The position numbers and the translations under genes are program-made. DNA of 64,000 bases from positions 2,208,001-2,272,000 of the forward strand of contig CM000155.2 of the NCBI GenBank assembly GCA_000004695.1, in the 5' to 3' direction. A model generated the notes under the pieces. That model saw only the letters and a program-made list of their open reading frames with translations, made no database searches and was not told the DNA's origin. This document shows positions 39,666-51,651 of the stretch, piece by piece (within the stretch, counting starts at the first letter, position 1; the number at the start of each line of letters is the position of its first letter). The DNA comes from Dictyostelium discoideum. Lineage: Eukaryota.

Positions 39666-42600
39666 TTAATTTTTTGAAGATTTTTTATTTGGTTTTGAAG
39701 AGTCGGCAGCGGATGATGAGGTTGGATTAGTTTTAGTTGTTGATTTATTGGTGGCAGCAGAGGAAGCAGTTGCGGATGATTTTGAAGTTGTTGCTTTTGT
39801 TGTTGGATTTGGAGTTTTAGCCATTGTTATTTTTGATTTTGAGGTGGTTGCAGTGGTGGTGTTGGTGGTAGTTGTAGTATTAGTTGATTTTGATTTTTTT
39901 GATTGAGATTTCTTTGGTTTACCATTTATATAATTTAATAATTCAGAGACACTACCATTTTCAAGTGAAGGTGGCATAGCAGAGACACGTGGTTGTGATT
40001 TTTTGAATTGATCAGCTTTTTCTTTTTGTAATCTAGCCAATTCATCTTGTTCAGCTTTCAAGGCTTGATGTTGTTTGAAAAGTTTAATTTGGTTAGCAGT
40101 TTGACTGAGACCAGTGTAGAATTCCAAAGATTCTTTAGTACGTGGATGAGCTTCACCCAATTCTTTCTCCAAGATATCGGTTGATTTCTTTTGGTGAATG
40201 ATAGAGTCATCAAAGTTTGTAGCACGAGCACAAACGATAGCCATCTTATGATAGGTGGTTGAACACATGAGATGATCTGGTGTGAAGAGGAATTCTTGGT
40301 GTTTTAAGGTTTGCTTTAAGAATTCCAAAGCCAAATCGAAACGTTCAGTATCTTCGAGAATTGCAGCGATAGCAGTGTAGATTGAAGCACGTTCTGGGTT
40401 ATATTCACCACCTAAGAGATCGGTGAGGTATAAGACATGTTTCATATAACCAATGGATTCATTGTAACGACCAGAACGTTGACAGAAAACGGCCAATGTG
40501 GTGTAAGCTTGAACGGTTTCATGATGATCGAGACCAGCGGTTTTCTCTGTGATGACCAATGCATTCTTTTGATACTCGATTGCAAGATCGTATTGTTCAT
40601 TTTGGTATGCCAACATAGCCAAATGAGTGAAACAAGCACCGGCATCTGGGTGAATTGGGCCGTGAACTTGATGGTAGATAGCCAAGGCTTCACCGAGTAA
40701 TTCAGTTGCTAATTCGTATTTTCTTTGATTAAAGAATGTTTTACCAGCTTCCAAAAGGTCTAAACCATCGGTTGATCTTGGATTGACATGTTTAACAATT
40801 GGGAATAAATCAACGATATCCTCTGGTGAGAATGGAGCATCGGTGGTGAAGTTATAATCTTTAGCCAAGATTTGAATACCCATCTTGAGACAAATACAAC
40901 GTAATACGATTAAACGTGATTCCATTGGCACGGAATGAGTTGGAATTTCAAAATCGAATTTGCTGCTTACCAATTGAGCGATTTCACTCCAAAGTTTACC
41001 TTGAGTCAATTCATTGATTGCTGAGGATTTGATTTGTTTGGCTTTCTTTGATTTCTCATCAGCAGAGACTGAACCGGTTTCAGTACCAAGGAAACAATTT
41101 AAAAAGTGAGAGATGGAATGAGCCATATCGGAGGCGTTGGTGGAACGTAATAATCTATTGAAACAATGTTTGGCAGCTCTGCTGACCATTTCATTGAATA
41201 AGAGGTCTTGGATGAATGGTACGTTGGCAGATTCATTCTTTGCAATGTAACCTAAATAACGCATATTGATACCACGTACATGCATGACTTGGGTGAGAGT
41301 TTGACCATCGACTGGAGCAACATTGAAAAGCATTAAATCTTCAATGAGTCTTGGAATGAGAATACCCTTTAAGAATGCGCCAATAGCCTTCAAATCTTCG
41401 ATATCTTTTTGTTGTTCCTCTGGGGTTCCACCGAGTTTAACCTTTGAGAAAAGGTTTGGATTGAATGATACCACTGGTGATTGGGCCAAATCCTCCTCTG
41501 TCAATTGAACATCTTCATCTCTGGCGGTGGCAGTTGGTGGGTCAATACCTTCCTTCTTTTGTCTCTCTTCTTTTTCCTTTAATTTTTGTTGTCTCTTTTG
41601 ATTTAACCAAGTTACTTTAAAATATTCAGAGTAGGTAGCGATTGCTTCTGGTCTAAGAACTGACAATTGATCCTTGGTTTCTGTGTAATTTGGATCACGT
41701 GGTGTTGCTTTAATTAAATCCAAAATATAACGACGACCATCGATACCAATAATACCTTTTGATTCAAATGATGTACAAACACTAACCTCTTGATTAGTAT
41801 CTTCTGAAATTACTTTACTCTCTGATAAATGAAGTAATGATGCAGCTTGAAGTAATCTAGAATGAAATTCTGGATCAGCTTTAATTGATTTTGTATTATT
41901 ATTTTTATTTTCTTCATTTTCTTCTTTTTGTTGTTGTTCTTCTTCTTCATTTGTTGGTGTATCCATTGAACCATAATAAATTTTTGAAGTTTTTTCAGTT
42001 GTTAAAATACCAGGAATTAAAGATTGAGCAATGATTCTTTGGCCTTTATAATCTACGATGGCAGTACCTAAAGTGTAAAGACCATCAATATCGGCTAAAT
42101 TATATAAACGAATACCTTTGAGATCATTGTTTGCAGATGTACGAGCAGCATCATCACCACCACAATCGGTGAAAGAATCACGAGTGTCCAATGCATAGGA
42201 AAAGAAGATATTATTGTAGAGGAACATATGACTTCTTTGATTTTCAGCTGGATTAATTGGAAGAATTGCTTTATCGACAATGACTTGAGCACCACGAATT
42301 GCGCATTCAACAAATTCAGAATTTACCTTACTGATAGCACGATCTCTAATGATACGTTCTTGAACGGTTGATTTTGGTAACTCCTTTGGTGCTTGGATCT
42401 CTTCGTTCCAATCACGAGGATTGCCACGCAACTCAACGTCTTGTACGCTAACAAAAGTATCGGTACCTTTATTGATATCGTAACGATTGGTCTTTGATGA
42501 GGCAACCCAATTGTGTACTGGTAATACGCCTGGAAGCATATCGAATGGATGATTACGACCAATGTTTGTAAGGATTTGATTTAAACCACGACGGAATAAT

Positions 42601-43550
42601 CTTGAAACTTGGGTCAATAATTGATGTAAACTATGATTGATGGTTGCCTTTGGTGAAACTGATGGATTGAATGTTGCATTGCTTGATTGATTAATGAAAA
42701 AACCTTGAGTTGATGCTGTAACACAAATGGTTGTACCCTCTAATAATGTGATATCCAAATAGAATAAATCACCAAACAATTTTCTATATCCTGGTACTGG
42801 TGACCAACCACTGTAAATCATTGATTTAACACATTGAACTGGTGCAATTGGACTCTCTGGATAATAACTACTTAACATTGGTTTATCAATACCTTTAATC
42901 TCTGTCATCTTTTGTTTTCTCTCTTTTTGTTGTGGTGTTAACTTCTCTTCATTATTTTCATTATTCAATGATTCATCACCATTATTCTTTTTATTACCTT
43001 TTTTATTATGATGTTTATTCTTTTTATTTTGTTGTTGTTCAGTTGCTATAGTTTCTTTTTCCTCTTTATCTTCAGTTTGTTGTTGTTGTTGTTGTTGTTG
43101 TTCAAATTTTTGTTTTTGTTCTTCTAATTGTTGTTCTTCAGTTAAAATATTTGATTTCTCTGGGAATGAAAAACTTGTGAAAAGACTTGGATTATTCATA
43201 TTGGCAAATTCTGTTAAACCTGTATTCATAATATCTCTTAATCTTTTAACGTGTAATTTTGCTGATCTCTCATTGTAATCGACTGGTACCATTTCCAAGG
43301 TAGCGCCTTCAACAAGACCTTCAATAGAACTAAGTTCTGAATATTCTGGAATTTGTTTACCATATAAACGAAATTCAAAAGATGAATATAAACATGTCTC
43401 TGAGGTTTCATATAAAAAGCTTTGAATATCTATTAATGTATCTGTTGGTTGAACTTGAATATTAATAGTACCAATTTCAGCTGGTGTTTTAATTGAAATT
43501 TGGAATGATTGTGAAACTATAATAATAAAATAAATATTAATAATTTAATC

Positions 43551-43589
<39 letters not shown>

Positions 43590-43699
43590 ATAACCAATAT
43601 GTATATATGTGTGAATATACCAAATGGATATGAGATATAAAAAAAAAAAAAAAATTAATAAAAAAAAATAAAAAATATCTTTCCCCCAATGTGCAAGTG

Positions 43700-43736
<37 letters not shown>

Positions 43737-43885
43737 AAATAAAATTTGCGAATCTTATAATTAATTTATTTACCTTGTTCATTTTCTTGTTCGACTTGTT
43801 CAACTTGTTCAACTTGTTCACCACTAACAACAGTTTCCTTTTCGTTGTATTCTTCAACGGTTGGGTTATCAATAGTTTCTGACAT
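39666..43885 (-). CDS. cluA: clustered mitochondria protein CluA (CLU N domain and TPR repeats); join(complement(43773..43885),complement(39666..43516))
   Basis: Exon 2 opens with a CLU_N-type segment: VSQSFQISIKTPAEIGTINIQVQPTDTLIDIQSFLYETSETCLYSSFEFRLYGK…LEMVPVDYNERSAKLHVKRLRD. The C-terminal half carries TPR repeats (GEALAIYHQVHGPIHPDAGACFTHLAMLAYQNEQYDLAIEY…). Exon 1 (MSETIDNP…VEQVEQVEQENEQ, then G) joins through G|GTAAAT … TTATTATAG| in phase 1. The total is 1320 codons. As read in this window, the ATG at 43885 is one base out of frame with the rest of exon 1; see findings. Confidence 0.8.
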
Positions 43886-44538
43886 TTTTATAATTTATAT
43901 ATATTATTATTTTACTCTTTTATATTAAATTTCTATTGCTATTATTATTTTCTTAATTTTTATTTATTTCTTCTTTTTTTTTGTCAGTAATGTAAAAAAA
44001 AGAAATGAATGAAATTAAATTAAAGAAAAAAAAAATAAAAAATAAAAATTAACTTTTTTTTTAAAAAAAAAAATAAATAAATAAATGAATTTAAATAAAT
44101 ATATTTAAATAAACGCTCGGTTGAAGAAAAAAGAAAAAAAAAAAAAAAAAAAAAACGAAAATGATAGTTTTTTCACCAGAAAAATGAAAAAAAAAAAAAA
44201 AAAAAAATTAATTTTAAATATTTAAATTTCGTAATTATAACGATGATGTTTACTGTTACTTTGTTTTAAAAAGATGAAAACAAAAAAAAAAAAATAAAAA
44301 AAATAAAAAAAATAAAATAAAATAAAAAAATAAAAATATATATATAAATAAAATTAAATGGAGATTAACAAAAAAAAAAAAAAAAAAAAAGAAAGAAAGA
44401 AAGAAAAAATAATTAAATAAATAAATAAATTGTAACACATTCTAATTAGAAAAAAAAAAAATTATAAGAATATTTTACAAAGTTTATTTTTATTTTTATT
44501 ATTTTTCTTTACTTTCACTTTTTTTTTTTTTTTTTTGT

Positions 44539-44696
44539 TTAAAGATGTGGTTGGGATGATGGTACAGCAGTATGTATCGAATTCGTTATATCTGTTACTT
44601 TTTGATTTAAAGGTTCAATTTGTTGTAAACTATTTTCTAAGAATTTAACTTGATTCATTAATTCTTGTGATAATTGTTGCATTTGTTTTACCATCT

Positions 44697-44734
<38 letters not shown>

Positions 44735-45017
44735 TTAGTGTTTGGAAATAAAAAATTAAATTTAATTAAATTAAAAAAAAAAAAATCTAAATTTTATTTA
44801 CCTCGTCAGTTTGTGAAATGTTACCTTCATGAGCTGCAAATGATTTTGAAATTAATAACATATTGTCGTGAAGGTTTGAATTTTTGACTAATGATTTAAC
44901 TGTTTTTCCTAAATCATTTACTATATTTTCACCCAATTCCGTTAACTCCTTTTTCTTTATTGAGGCAGGATCATTTGTGTTGGATTTTGGTTTAAATGGT
45001 ATAACTAATTGACTCAT
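44539..45017 (-). CDS. hypothetical small coiled-coil protein (about 123 aa); join(complement(44802..45017),complement(44539..44694))
   Basis: Exon 1 encodes MSQLVIPFKPKSNTNDPASIKKKELTELGENIVNDLGKTVKSLVKNSNLHDNMLLISKSFAAHEGNISQTDE and ends at a GTAAAT donor in phase 0. Exon 2 follows (A)n CAG| and encodes MVKQMQQLSQELMNQVKFLENSLQQIEPLNQKVTDITNSIHTAVPSSQPHL. It has heptad-like periodicity. I could not place it in a family with confidence; it may resemble a BLOC-1/BORC-type small subunit. Confidence 0.45.
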
Positions 45018-45221
45018 ATATATATATATAAAGAAATATTAATAAAAAAAAAAAAAATATAAAAAAACTAAAAAAGGATAATTAAAATTTAAAAAAATAA
45101 AAAATTTAAAAAAATAAAAAAAAAATAAAAAAAAATTTCTAATGGGGGAATTTTTTTTTTTTTTTAATTTATTTTTTTTTTTTTTTTATTTTTTTTTTTA
45201 TTTTCCTCAACAAACGAGAGG

Positions 45222-45610
45222 ATGACAAACTCAAGTAATAATAGTAATAAATGTGAAAATAAAAACTATTATGAAATTTTAAAGGTTTCAATTGATGCAG
45301 ATATTGAAGAAATTAAGAAATCCTATAGAAAATTAGCTTTATTATATCATCCAGATAAATTAAATAAAGAAGAAAATATTGAAGAAAATATCAATAATTT
45401 TTCAAATTGTTTAGTTAATAACAATAATAATAATAATAATAGTAATACCAAAGATTTCAATGATATTCAAATTGCATGGGAAACTTTAAAAGATGATTTA
45501 TTAAGAAAGCAATATGATTCATTATTATTAGGTAAATTTTTATTATCATTACCAACCATCAGTTCACACACACACACAAAAACGTAAATTATAATAATAA
45601 ATGGATTACT

Positions 45611-45653
<43 letters not shown>

Positions 45654-45857
45654 GAGCAAAAAAGACAAAAATATTCAGTTTCTGATGAAATTGATTTAGA
45701 TGATATGGAATTTATTGAAGAAAATAGTGAATATGTATATCCATGTAGATGTGGGGACCATTATATAATAACAGAAGATCAATTATCTGAAGGAAGTGAT
45801 GTGGTATGTTGTTCTGGTTGTTCTTTATCAATTAAAGTAATTTATCAAATGGAATAG
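45222..45857 (+). CDS. dph4: diphthamide biosynthesis protein 4 (DnaJ/J-domain plus CSL-type zinc finger); join(45222..45531,45655..45857)
   Basis: Exon 1 has the J-domain: YYEILKVSIDADIEEIKKSYRKLALLYHPDK. It ends at a G|GTAAAT donor in phase 1. Exon 2 follows (T)n ATAG| and encodes EQKRQKYSVSDEIDLDDMEFIEENSEYVYPCRCGDHYIITEDQLSEGSDVVCCSGCSLSIKVIYQME, a DPH-type CSL zinc finger (C-x-C … C-x-G-C-S-L). Confidence 0.8.
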
Positions 45858-46359
45858 TAATGTAATAATAATATTTTCATTAAAGAGTTCAAAATAAAAT
45901 TTTTTTTGTATCCCTTTTTCAAATTTACCCGCCAATATTTTTTTTTTATTATTTTTTTTATTTTTATTATTTTTTTTTTTATTTTGTTTTTATTTTTAAT
46001 TATTTTTTTTTATTATTTTTTTATTTTTTTTTTTATTTTTAAAATAGTGTTCACCTTTAATTATTTTTTTTAGTTTTTTTATTTTTTTTTCATTATTCCA
46101 TACTATTATTTTTATTTTTTTTTTTCAATTTTTTATTTCAATAATTTTTAAAATTTTTTTTTTTTTTTTTTTCATTATTTGTTCTCCCTAAAAAAAAACA
46201 ACTTCACACCAACTTGTTTTTTTACAATATATTATTTCATCTTTAAAGTTTTAATAAAAATAAATATATAAATATTTTTTTTTAAAAAATTGAATAAAAT
46301 AATAATTTATTCAGAAAAAAAAAAAAAAAAAAAAGGGAATAATAAATAAAAAATCAAAT

Positions 46360-47926
46360 ATGGATTCAAAAAATAAGGGTAGGAATGAAGTAAGCACAAA
46401 TGGTAAAACTTCACCACCTCAATCAACTACTCCAACTACTACCACCACCACCACTACAACAACATCATCATCATCATCCTCAGTGGGAAATAAAAGAAAC
46501 GAAAGTCCAACAATTTCATCCAGTGGAAATCAGTCACCAAAATCAATGGAAAATGATAATGAAAATGAGGAAGATGAAGTTATGGAAGAGGAAGAAGTGG
46601 ATGATAATGAAGAGAATGGTAATGATGAGGATGCACCACACCCATTCTTTGATGATGATCAAGTGGACGACGATGAGGATCTTAACGATCCAACCATTCA
46701 AAATGGTATCAATAGAAAAGATGAAACAGAGGAAGCAAGAAATGAGAGATTAGAATCAATTAGATTGGAAAAAGAGAGATTAAAACAAATTAGAGAACAA
46801 CAACGTAAACAATTACAAGAACTTGAAAAGAATCAAAGACAACAATTACAAGAGGATAAAGAGAAATCTGCAAATGCAAGATTAAAATATTTATTGGAAA
46901 GAACTGAAATCTTTACACATTTCGTTTCAAATAGTAATAATAATAATAATACAAAAAAAACAAAAACAAAATCACCAGTTTTATCATCGTCATCAGCATC
47001 ATCATCAAATAACAATAACAATAACAATAACAATGGTTCAATAGTTTCAAGTACCCCAACAAAAAGAGGTCATATAACAGAAGAAGCGGAAGATGAAGCT
47101 ATTATGAATGAAACAATGGAAGAAGAAGAACCACATTCTTTTAACTTTTTTACATCAAGTCCACCATGTATGTTACACACACAATAATAATTCATACCAT
47201 ATAAATTTTTATTATTAATCTTTTTAAAATTTTTTTTTTTTTTTTAAATTATAGATATTAAGTCAGGTACAATGAGAGATTATCAAGTTTATGGTTTAAA
47301 TTGGCTAATTCAATTATATGAAAGAGGTATTAATGGTATTTTAGCGGATGAAATGGGTTTAGGTAAAACATTACAAACAATTTCACTTTTGGGTTATTTA
47401 TCTGAATATAAAGGTATTAGAGGTCCACATTTAATTATTGCACCAAAATCAACACTTTCAGGTTGGGCAAAAGAATTTACAAGATGGTGTCCATTTTTAC
47501 GTGTCGTTAGATTTCATGGTAGTAAAGAAGAAAGAGTAAATAGTTTAAATTATATAGATATTGTTAAATAATCAATAGAGAGATATATATACTAAATTAC
47601 TTTTATTATTATAAATATTTAAACATAAATATATATAGGAAGATATTAAAAAGAATCAATTAATTTTTAAGAAATTTGATGTTTGTATAACTACATATGA
47701 AGTTGCTATTAGAGAGAAATCAACATTTAAAAAGTTTAGTTGGAGATATATTATTATTGATGAAGCACATCGTATTAAAAATGAAAATTCAGTACTTTCA
47801 AAAGGTGTTAGAATGTTTAATAGTCAATTTAGATTATTAATTACTGGTACTCCATTACAAGTAAGTATAAATATATATATAAATATATTTATAATAAATA
47901 ATTAACTTTTATTATTATTATTATTA

Positions 47927-48020
<94 letters not shown>

Positions 48021-50387
48021 TTATTTATTAAGAATAATTTACATGAATTATGGTCATTATTAAACTTTTTATTACCAGATGTTTTTTCATCATCAGATGA
48101 TTTTGATAAATGGTTTGATTTAGCAAATAATACAGAGAATCAACAAGAGGTTATTGATAAATTACATAAAGTTTTAAGACCATTTTTATTAAGAAGAATT
48201 AAAACTGAAGTAGAGAAATCATTACCACCAAAGAAAGAGATTAAATTATTTGTTGGTTTATCAACGATGCAAAAAGAATGGTATAAAAGATTACTTTCAA
48301 AGGATTTGGATGCAGTTGTTGTTGGAGCAAAAGGTAATACAGGTCGTGTTAGATTATTGAATATTTGTATGCAATTAAGAAAGGCATGTAATCATCCTTA
48401 CCTTTTCGATGGTGCAGAGGAAGAACCATACACAACCGGTGAACATTTAATTGACAATAGTGGAAAGATGGCATTATTGGATAAACTATTGAAAAAGTTG
48501 AAAGAAAGAGGATCAAGAGTTTTAATCTTTTCACAAATGTCGCGTATGTTGGATATTTTGGAGGATTATATGTTGTATCGTGGTTATAAGTATGCAAGAA
48601 TCGATGGTTCTACCGAATCGATCGTTAGAGAGAATTCAATTGAAAATTACAATAAACCAGGTTCAGACTTATTTGCATTCCTTTTAACCACCAGAGCCGG
48701 TGGTCTTGGTATCACTTTGAATACAGCCGATATCGTTATCTTGTTTGATAGTGATTGGAACCCACAAATGGATCTTCAAGCACAAGATCGTGCCCATCGT
48801 ATTGGTCAAACTAAACCAGTGACAGTCTACCGTTTTGTGACAGAGAATTCAATGGAGGAGAAAATGGTAGAGAAAGCAGAAATGAAACTTCAATTGGATG
48901 CATTGGTAATTCAACAAGGTCGTCTCGTTGAGGCAAATAAAAATGCAAAACCTGAAGAACTCTTGGCAATGCTTAGATTTGGTGCTGATGATATCTTTAA
49001 GAGTAAATCATCAACCATCACCGACGAGGATATCGATTCCATTCTCAAGAAAGGTGAAGAGAAAACTGAACAACTCAATAGCAAAGTTAAGGATTTAGCC
49101 TCCAATCCATTGAAATTCCAATCCGATGGTAATCTATACATGTTTGATGGCGTAAACTATAAGAATTCTCATTCCAGTGCAGGCTATTGGGCAGAGACAT
49201 TGAAACGTGAGAGAAAAACAGTCGCAGGTACAGTGGCAGCCGATGAAGAAATCGCTCCTGCAAAACCAGTGGTAAAGAGAGAAAGACGTTTCAATAAACC
49301 AAAGCAGACACCAATCTATGATTTCCAATTCTATCCACCAAGATTAACTCAACTCTATGAGAAAGAGAATGAAGCCTACAATAAAAAGGTGGAATGGTAC
49401 GACCAAAAAGATAAAGGTGAACTTCCAGAGGAAGAGGAGGAACCAGACTTTGGTGATCTATCAAAGGAGGAACAAGATCTCAAAGAAAGATTAATTAAAA
49501 CCGGTGGTTTTGGTGATTGGTCAAAAACTGATTTCCGTACTTTTATTCGTGGTTGTGAATTGTATGGTCGTAAGGCTTATCAAAGTATCGCTGAAGAGGT
49601 TCAAACTAAAACTGAAAAAGAGGTTCAACAATATTCTCAAGCATTTTGGAAAAAACACTCTGAGGTTGCCGATCATGAGAAATTGGTTGCACGTATTGAA
49701 AAGGGTGAAGAGAGAATCATGAAATATAAAGAAACTCAAGACTCTTTAAATTATAAGATCAACAAATATAAAAATCCTTGGATTGAATTAAAGATTCAAT
49801 ATGGTTTGAAAAAGAATAAAAACTATAACGACGAGGAGGATATATTTTTGGTTTGTATGTGCCATCGTTTGGGTTATGGTGCCTTTGAAGAATTGAAAGA
49901 GGAAATTAGAAAATCACCACAATTCCGTTTCGATTGGTTCATTCAAACTCGTACTTGTCAAGAATTGAAAGCTCGTGTCGATCAATTACTAAAATATATA
50001 ATCAAAGAACATCAAGAGGAAGTGGAAGCTGCAAAAGAAGCAGAGAAAAGAAAGAAAGAAAAAGAGAAATTAAAATTGGCAGCCTCTGGTGTCACCGCCT
50101 CTAAAGCAAAGACTGAATCTCCAAATAAAACACTTGGTAAGAGAAAAGATGCTCCACCATCAAAACCTCCTGCTAAACCATCTAAAGCTTCTGCTAAATC
50201 AAAACCTGCTCCAAAATCAAAGACTTCCACAACTACAAAACCTACTACTACAAATGGTAGAGGTAAAAAGAAACCTGTTGAAGAAGAAGAACCAATGGAA
50301 GAGGAAGAGGAAGAAGAAGAAGAGGTTGAAGAGGAAGAGGAAGAAGAAGAAGTTAAAGTTCCACTCAAAAAGAGACAAGTTAAATAA
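46360..50387 (+). CDS. isw: ISWI-type SNF2 chromatin-remodeling ATPase (SNF2_N, helicase C, HAND-SANT-SLIDE); join(46360..47167,47255..47535,47639..47860,48033..50387)
   Basis: It is colinear with human SMARCA5/ISWI: [49 protein letters not shown]; [13 protein letters not shown]…LLITGTPLQ|[18 protein letters not shown]; [12 protein letters not shown]…SGKM; [12 protein letters not shown]; [20 protein letters not shown]; and SANT/SLIDE-like [29 protein letters not shown]. Three introns have GTATGT, GTAAAT and GTAAGT donors. Intron 3 contains a roughly 130-bp (ATT)n tract. Phases are consistent. Total 1221 aa, with an acidic E/K-rich tail. Confidence 0.9.
47905..48030 (+). repeat. (ATT)n about 40 units, intronic (ISWI intron 3)
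   Basis: Direct reading; nearly perfect with two single-base interruptions. Confidence 0.9.
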
Positions 50388-50614
50388 AAAAAAAAAAAAA
50401 AAAAATTAAATAAAAAAAAATAAATACAATCTTAAAAATTCAAACAAAACAATGTATCATTTTTCGTTTATAATTGTTTAAAGGGTTAAGTTTTGTTGTT
50501 TTTTTGTTTTTAGCAGGAATTGTTTAGTTTTTTAAGTCGGAAAGCAAAAAATTCTTTGGAGCCAAATAATTAAAAAAAGGTTAAAAATCGATATTAAAAT
50601 TTTTTTTTCAACAT

Positions 50615-50686
50615 GTTTCGATAGCTCAGTGGAAGAGCAAGCGACTGCAAATCGTTAGGTCGCCAGTTCAATCCTGGTTCGGAACT
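50615..50686 (+). tRNA. tRNA-Cys (anticodon GCA)
   Basis: The 72-nt sequence GTTTCGATAGCTCAGTGGAAGAGCAAGCGACTGCAAATCGTTAGGTCGCCAGTTCAATCCTGGTTCGGAACT folds as a cloverleaf. It has a 7-bp acceptor stem (one G-U pair), A-box TAGCTCAGTGG, anticodon loop CTGCAAA with GCA at positions 34-36, and B-box GTTCAATCC. A TTTTT Pol III terminator follows 6 nt downstream. Confidence 0.8.
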
Positions 50687-50785
50687 TTCTTTTTGGGGAA
50701 ATCAATCTTGTTATTGTTTCATATTAAAAAGTTTTCTTTTTGAAATTTTAATATGTTATTAGATTCTTTTTTAAAATTTTGGTTT

Positions 50786-51081
50786 GTTAGTTTGTTTGAA
50801 ATCTTCCCCAATCTCATAGGAATAATAGCACACCAATTATGGAAGATAATCTGTCACAAATTGTTCAACACTGATGAAAGCAAACCAGAGCCAAAATTCG
50901 AACAAAAGGTCATAGAAACAGAATTACTAAATCTCATCGAAACTGAAAAATTCATCACACTAAAGAAAATCAAACACGACGAAGCAATACTAAAAAATAC
51001 AAATCAAGATCTTCACAAATACAAATTCAACAAAGCCTGGCAAACCCCAGCAGCTCCGAACCCTCTTCCAATTTAAGTAGT

Positions 51082-51144
<63 letters not shown>

Positions 51145-51261
51145 GTTTAAAAAATTTAATACAATTGAATAATAAAAATAAAACCGTTTAACAAACACCG
51201 CCGAAAAGACACAAGGACATTCCTTGAAGGTCTGATCACAGGTAAAAAAAAAAAAAAAAAA
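50786..51261 (+). mobile_element. 5'-truncated non-LTR retrotransposon fragment (TRE3-like by position) flanked by a 14-bp target-site duplication
   Basis: The repeat-unit flank sequence …aaattttggtttgttagtttgt is interrupted at 50785 and resumes at 51262. The 14-mer GTTTGTTAGTTTGT is duplicated at 50772-50785 and 51262-51275. The insert carries an open, relatively GC-rich frame from its first base (…IFPNLIGIIAHQLWKIICHKLFNTDESKPEPKFEQKVIETELLNLIETEKF…AWQTPAAPNPLPI*) that stops 9 nt before an (A)64 tract. A further 110 bp follows, then a terminal (A)18. The insertion point lies about 100 bp downstream of the tRNA-Cys 3' end, which is the characteristic TRE3 integration distance. Confidence 0.5.
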
Positions 51262-51299
51262 GTTTGTTAGTTTGTGAGATATTTATTTTTATTAAATTT

Positions 51300-51651
51300 T
51301 TAATTTCCACCTCTTAATACAAAATGGAGTGTGGATTCTTTTTGAATGTTATAATCTGATAAAGTACTACCTTCCTCTAATTGTTTACCAGCAAAAATAA
51401 ATCTATGTTGATCTGGTGGAATACCTTCTTTATTTTAATCTTACTATTAAATGGACTGTGGATTCCATTCGAATGTTATAATATAATAAAGTATGAACAT
51501 CCTCTAATTGTTTACCTGCAAAAATTAAAATTTGTTGATCTGGTGGAATACCTTCTTTTTCTTGAATTCTAGATTTAACCTTTTCAATAGTATCTGAATT
51601 TTTAACTTGTAATTCGAAAGTTTTACCAACTAATGAAACATAAATATACAT
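51300..51651 (-). pseudogene. decayed head-to-tail di-ubiquitin-like remnant (UBL copy 1 plus a C-terminal half-copy)
   Basis: Minus-strand ORF 51430-51651 encodes [73 protein letters not shown], which is ubiquitin-like but lacks the GG end. Immediately 3' and out of frame, 51300-51429 encodes …[42 protein letters not shown]. That is a second, more canonical ubiquitin C-terminal half ending RGG-N. Confidence 0.5.

Noticed and set aside
40437-42562. Several 60-90-aa ORFs on both strands
   Set aside because: They are all alternative or antisense frames inside the 3.8-kb cluA exon 2.
46400-47033. 117-aa plus-strand ORF (alternative frame) and 66-aa minus-strand ORF in ISWI exon 1
   Set aside because: They are alternative frames of the Ser/Thr/Asp-rich ISWI N-terminus.
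50012-50409. Poly-Ser minus-strand ORF and poly-Lys plus-strand ORF at the ISWI 3' end
   Set aside because: They are reverse and alternative frames of the GAA/GAG-rich acidic tail of the ISWI CDS.
50753-51076. 107-aa plus-strand ORF taken as a stand-alone gene
   Set aside because: Its first 11 codons are repeat-flank (block F) sequence. The rest is the 3' end of a retroelement ORF2 running into poly(A). It is a fusion artefact of the insertion, not a host gene.
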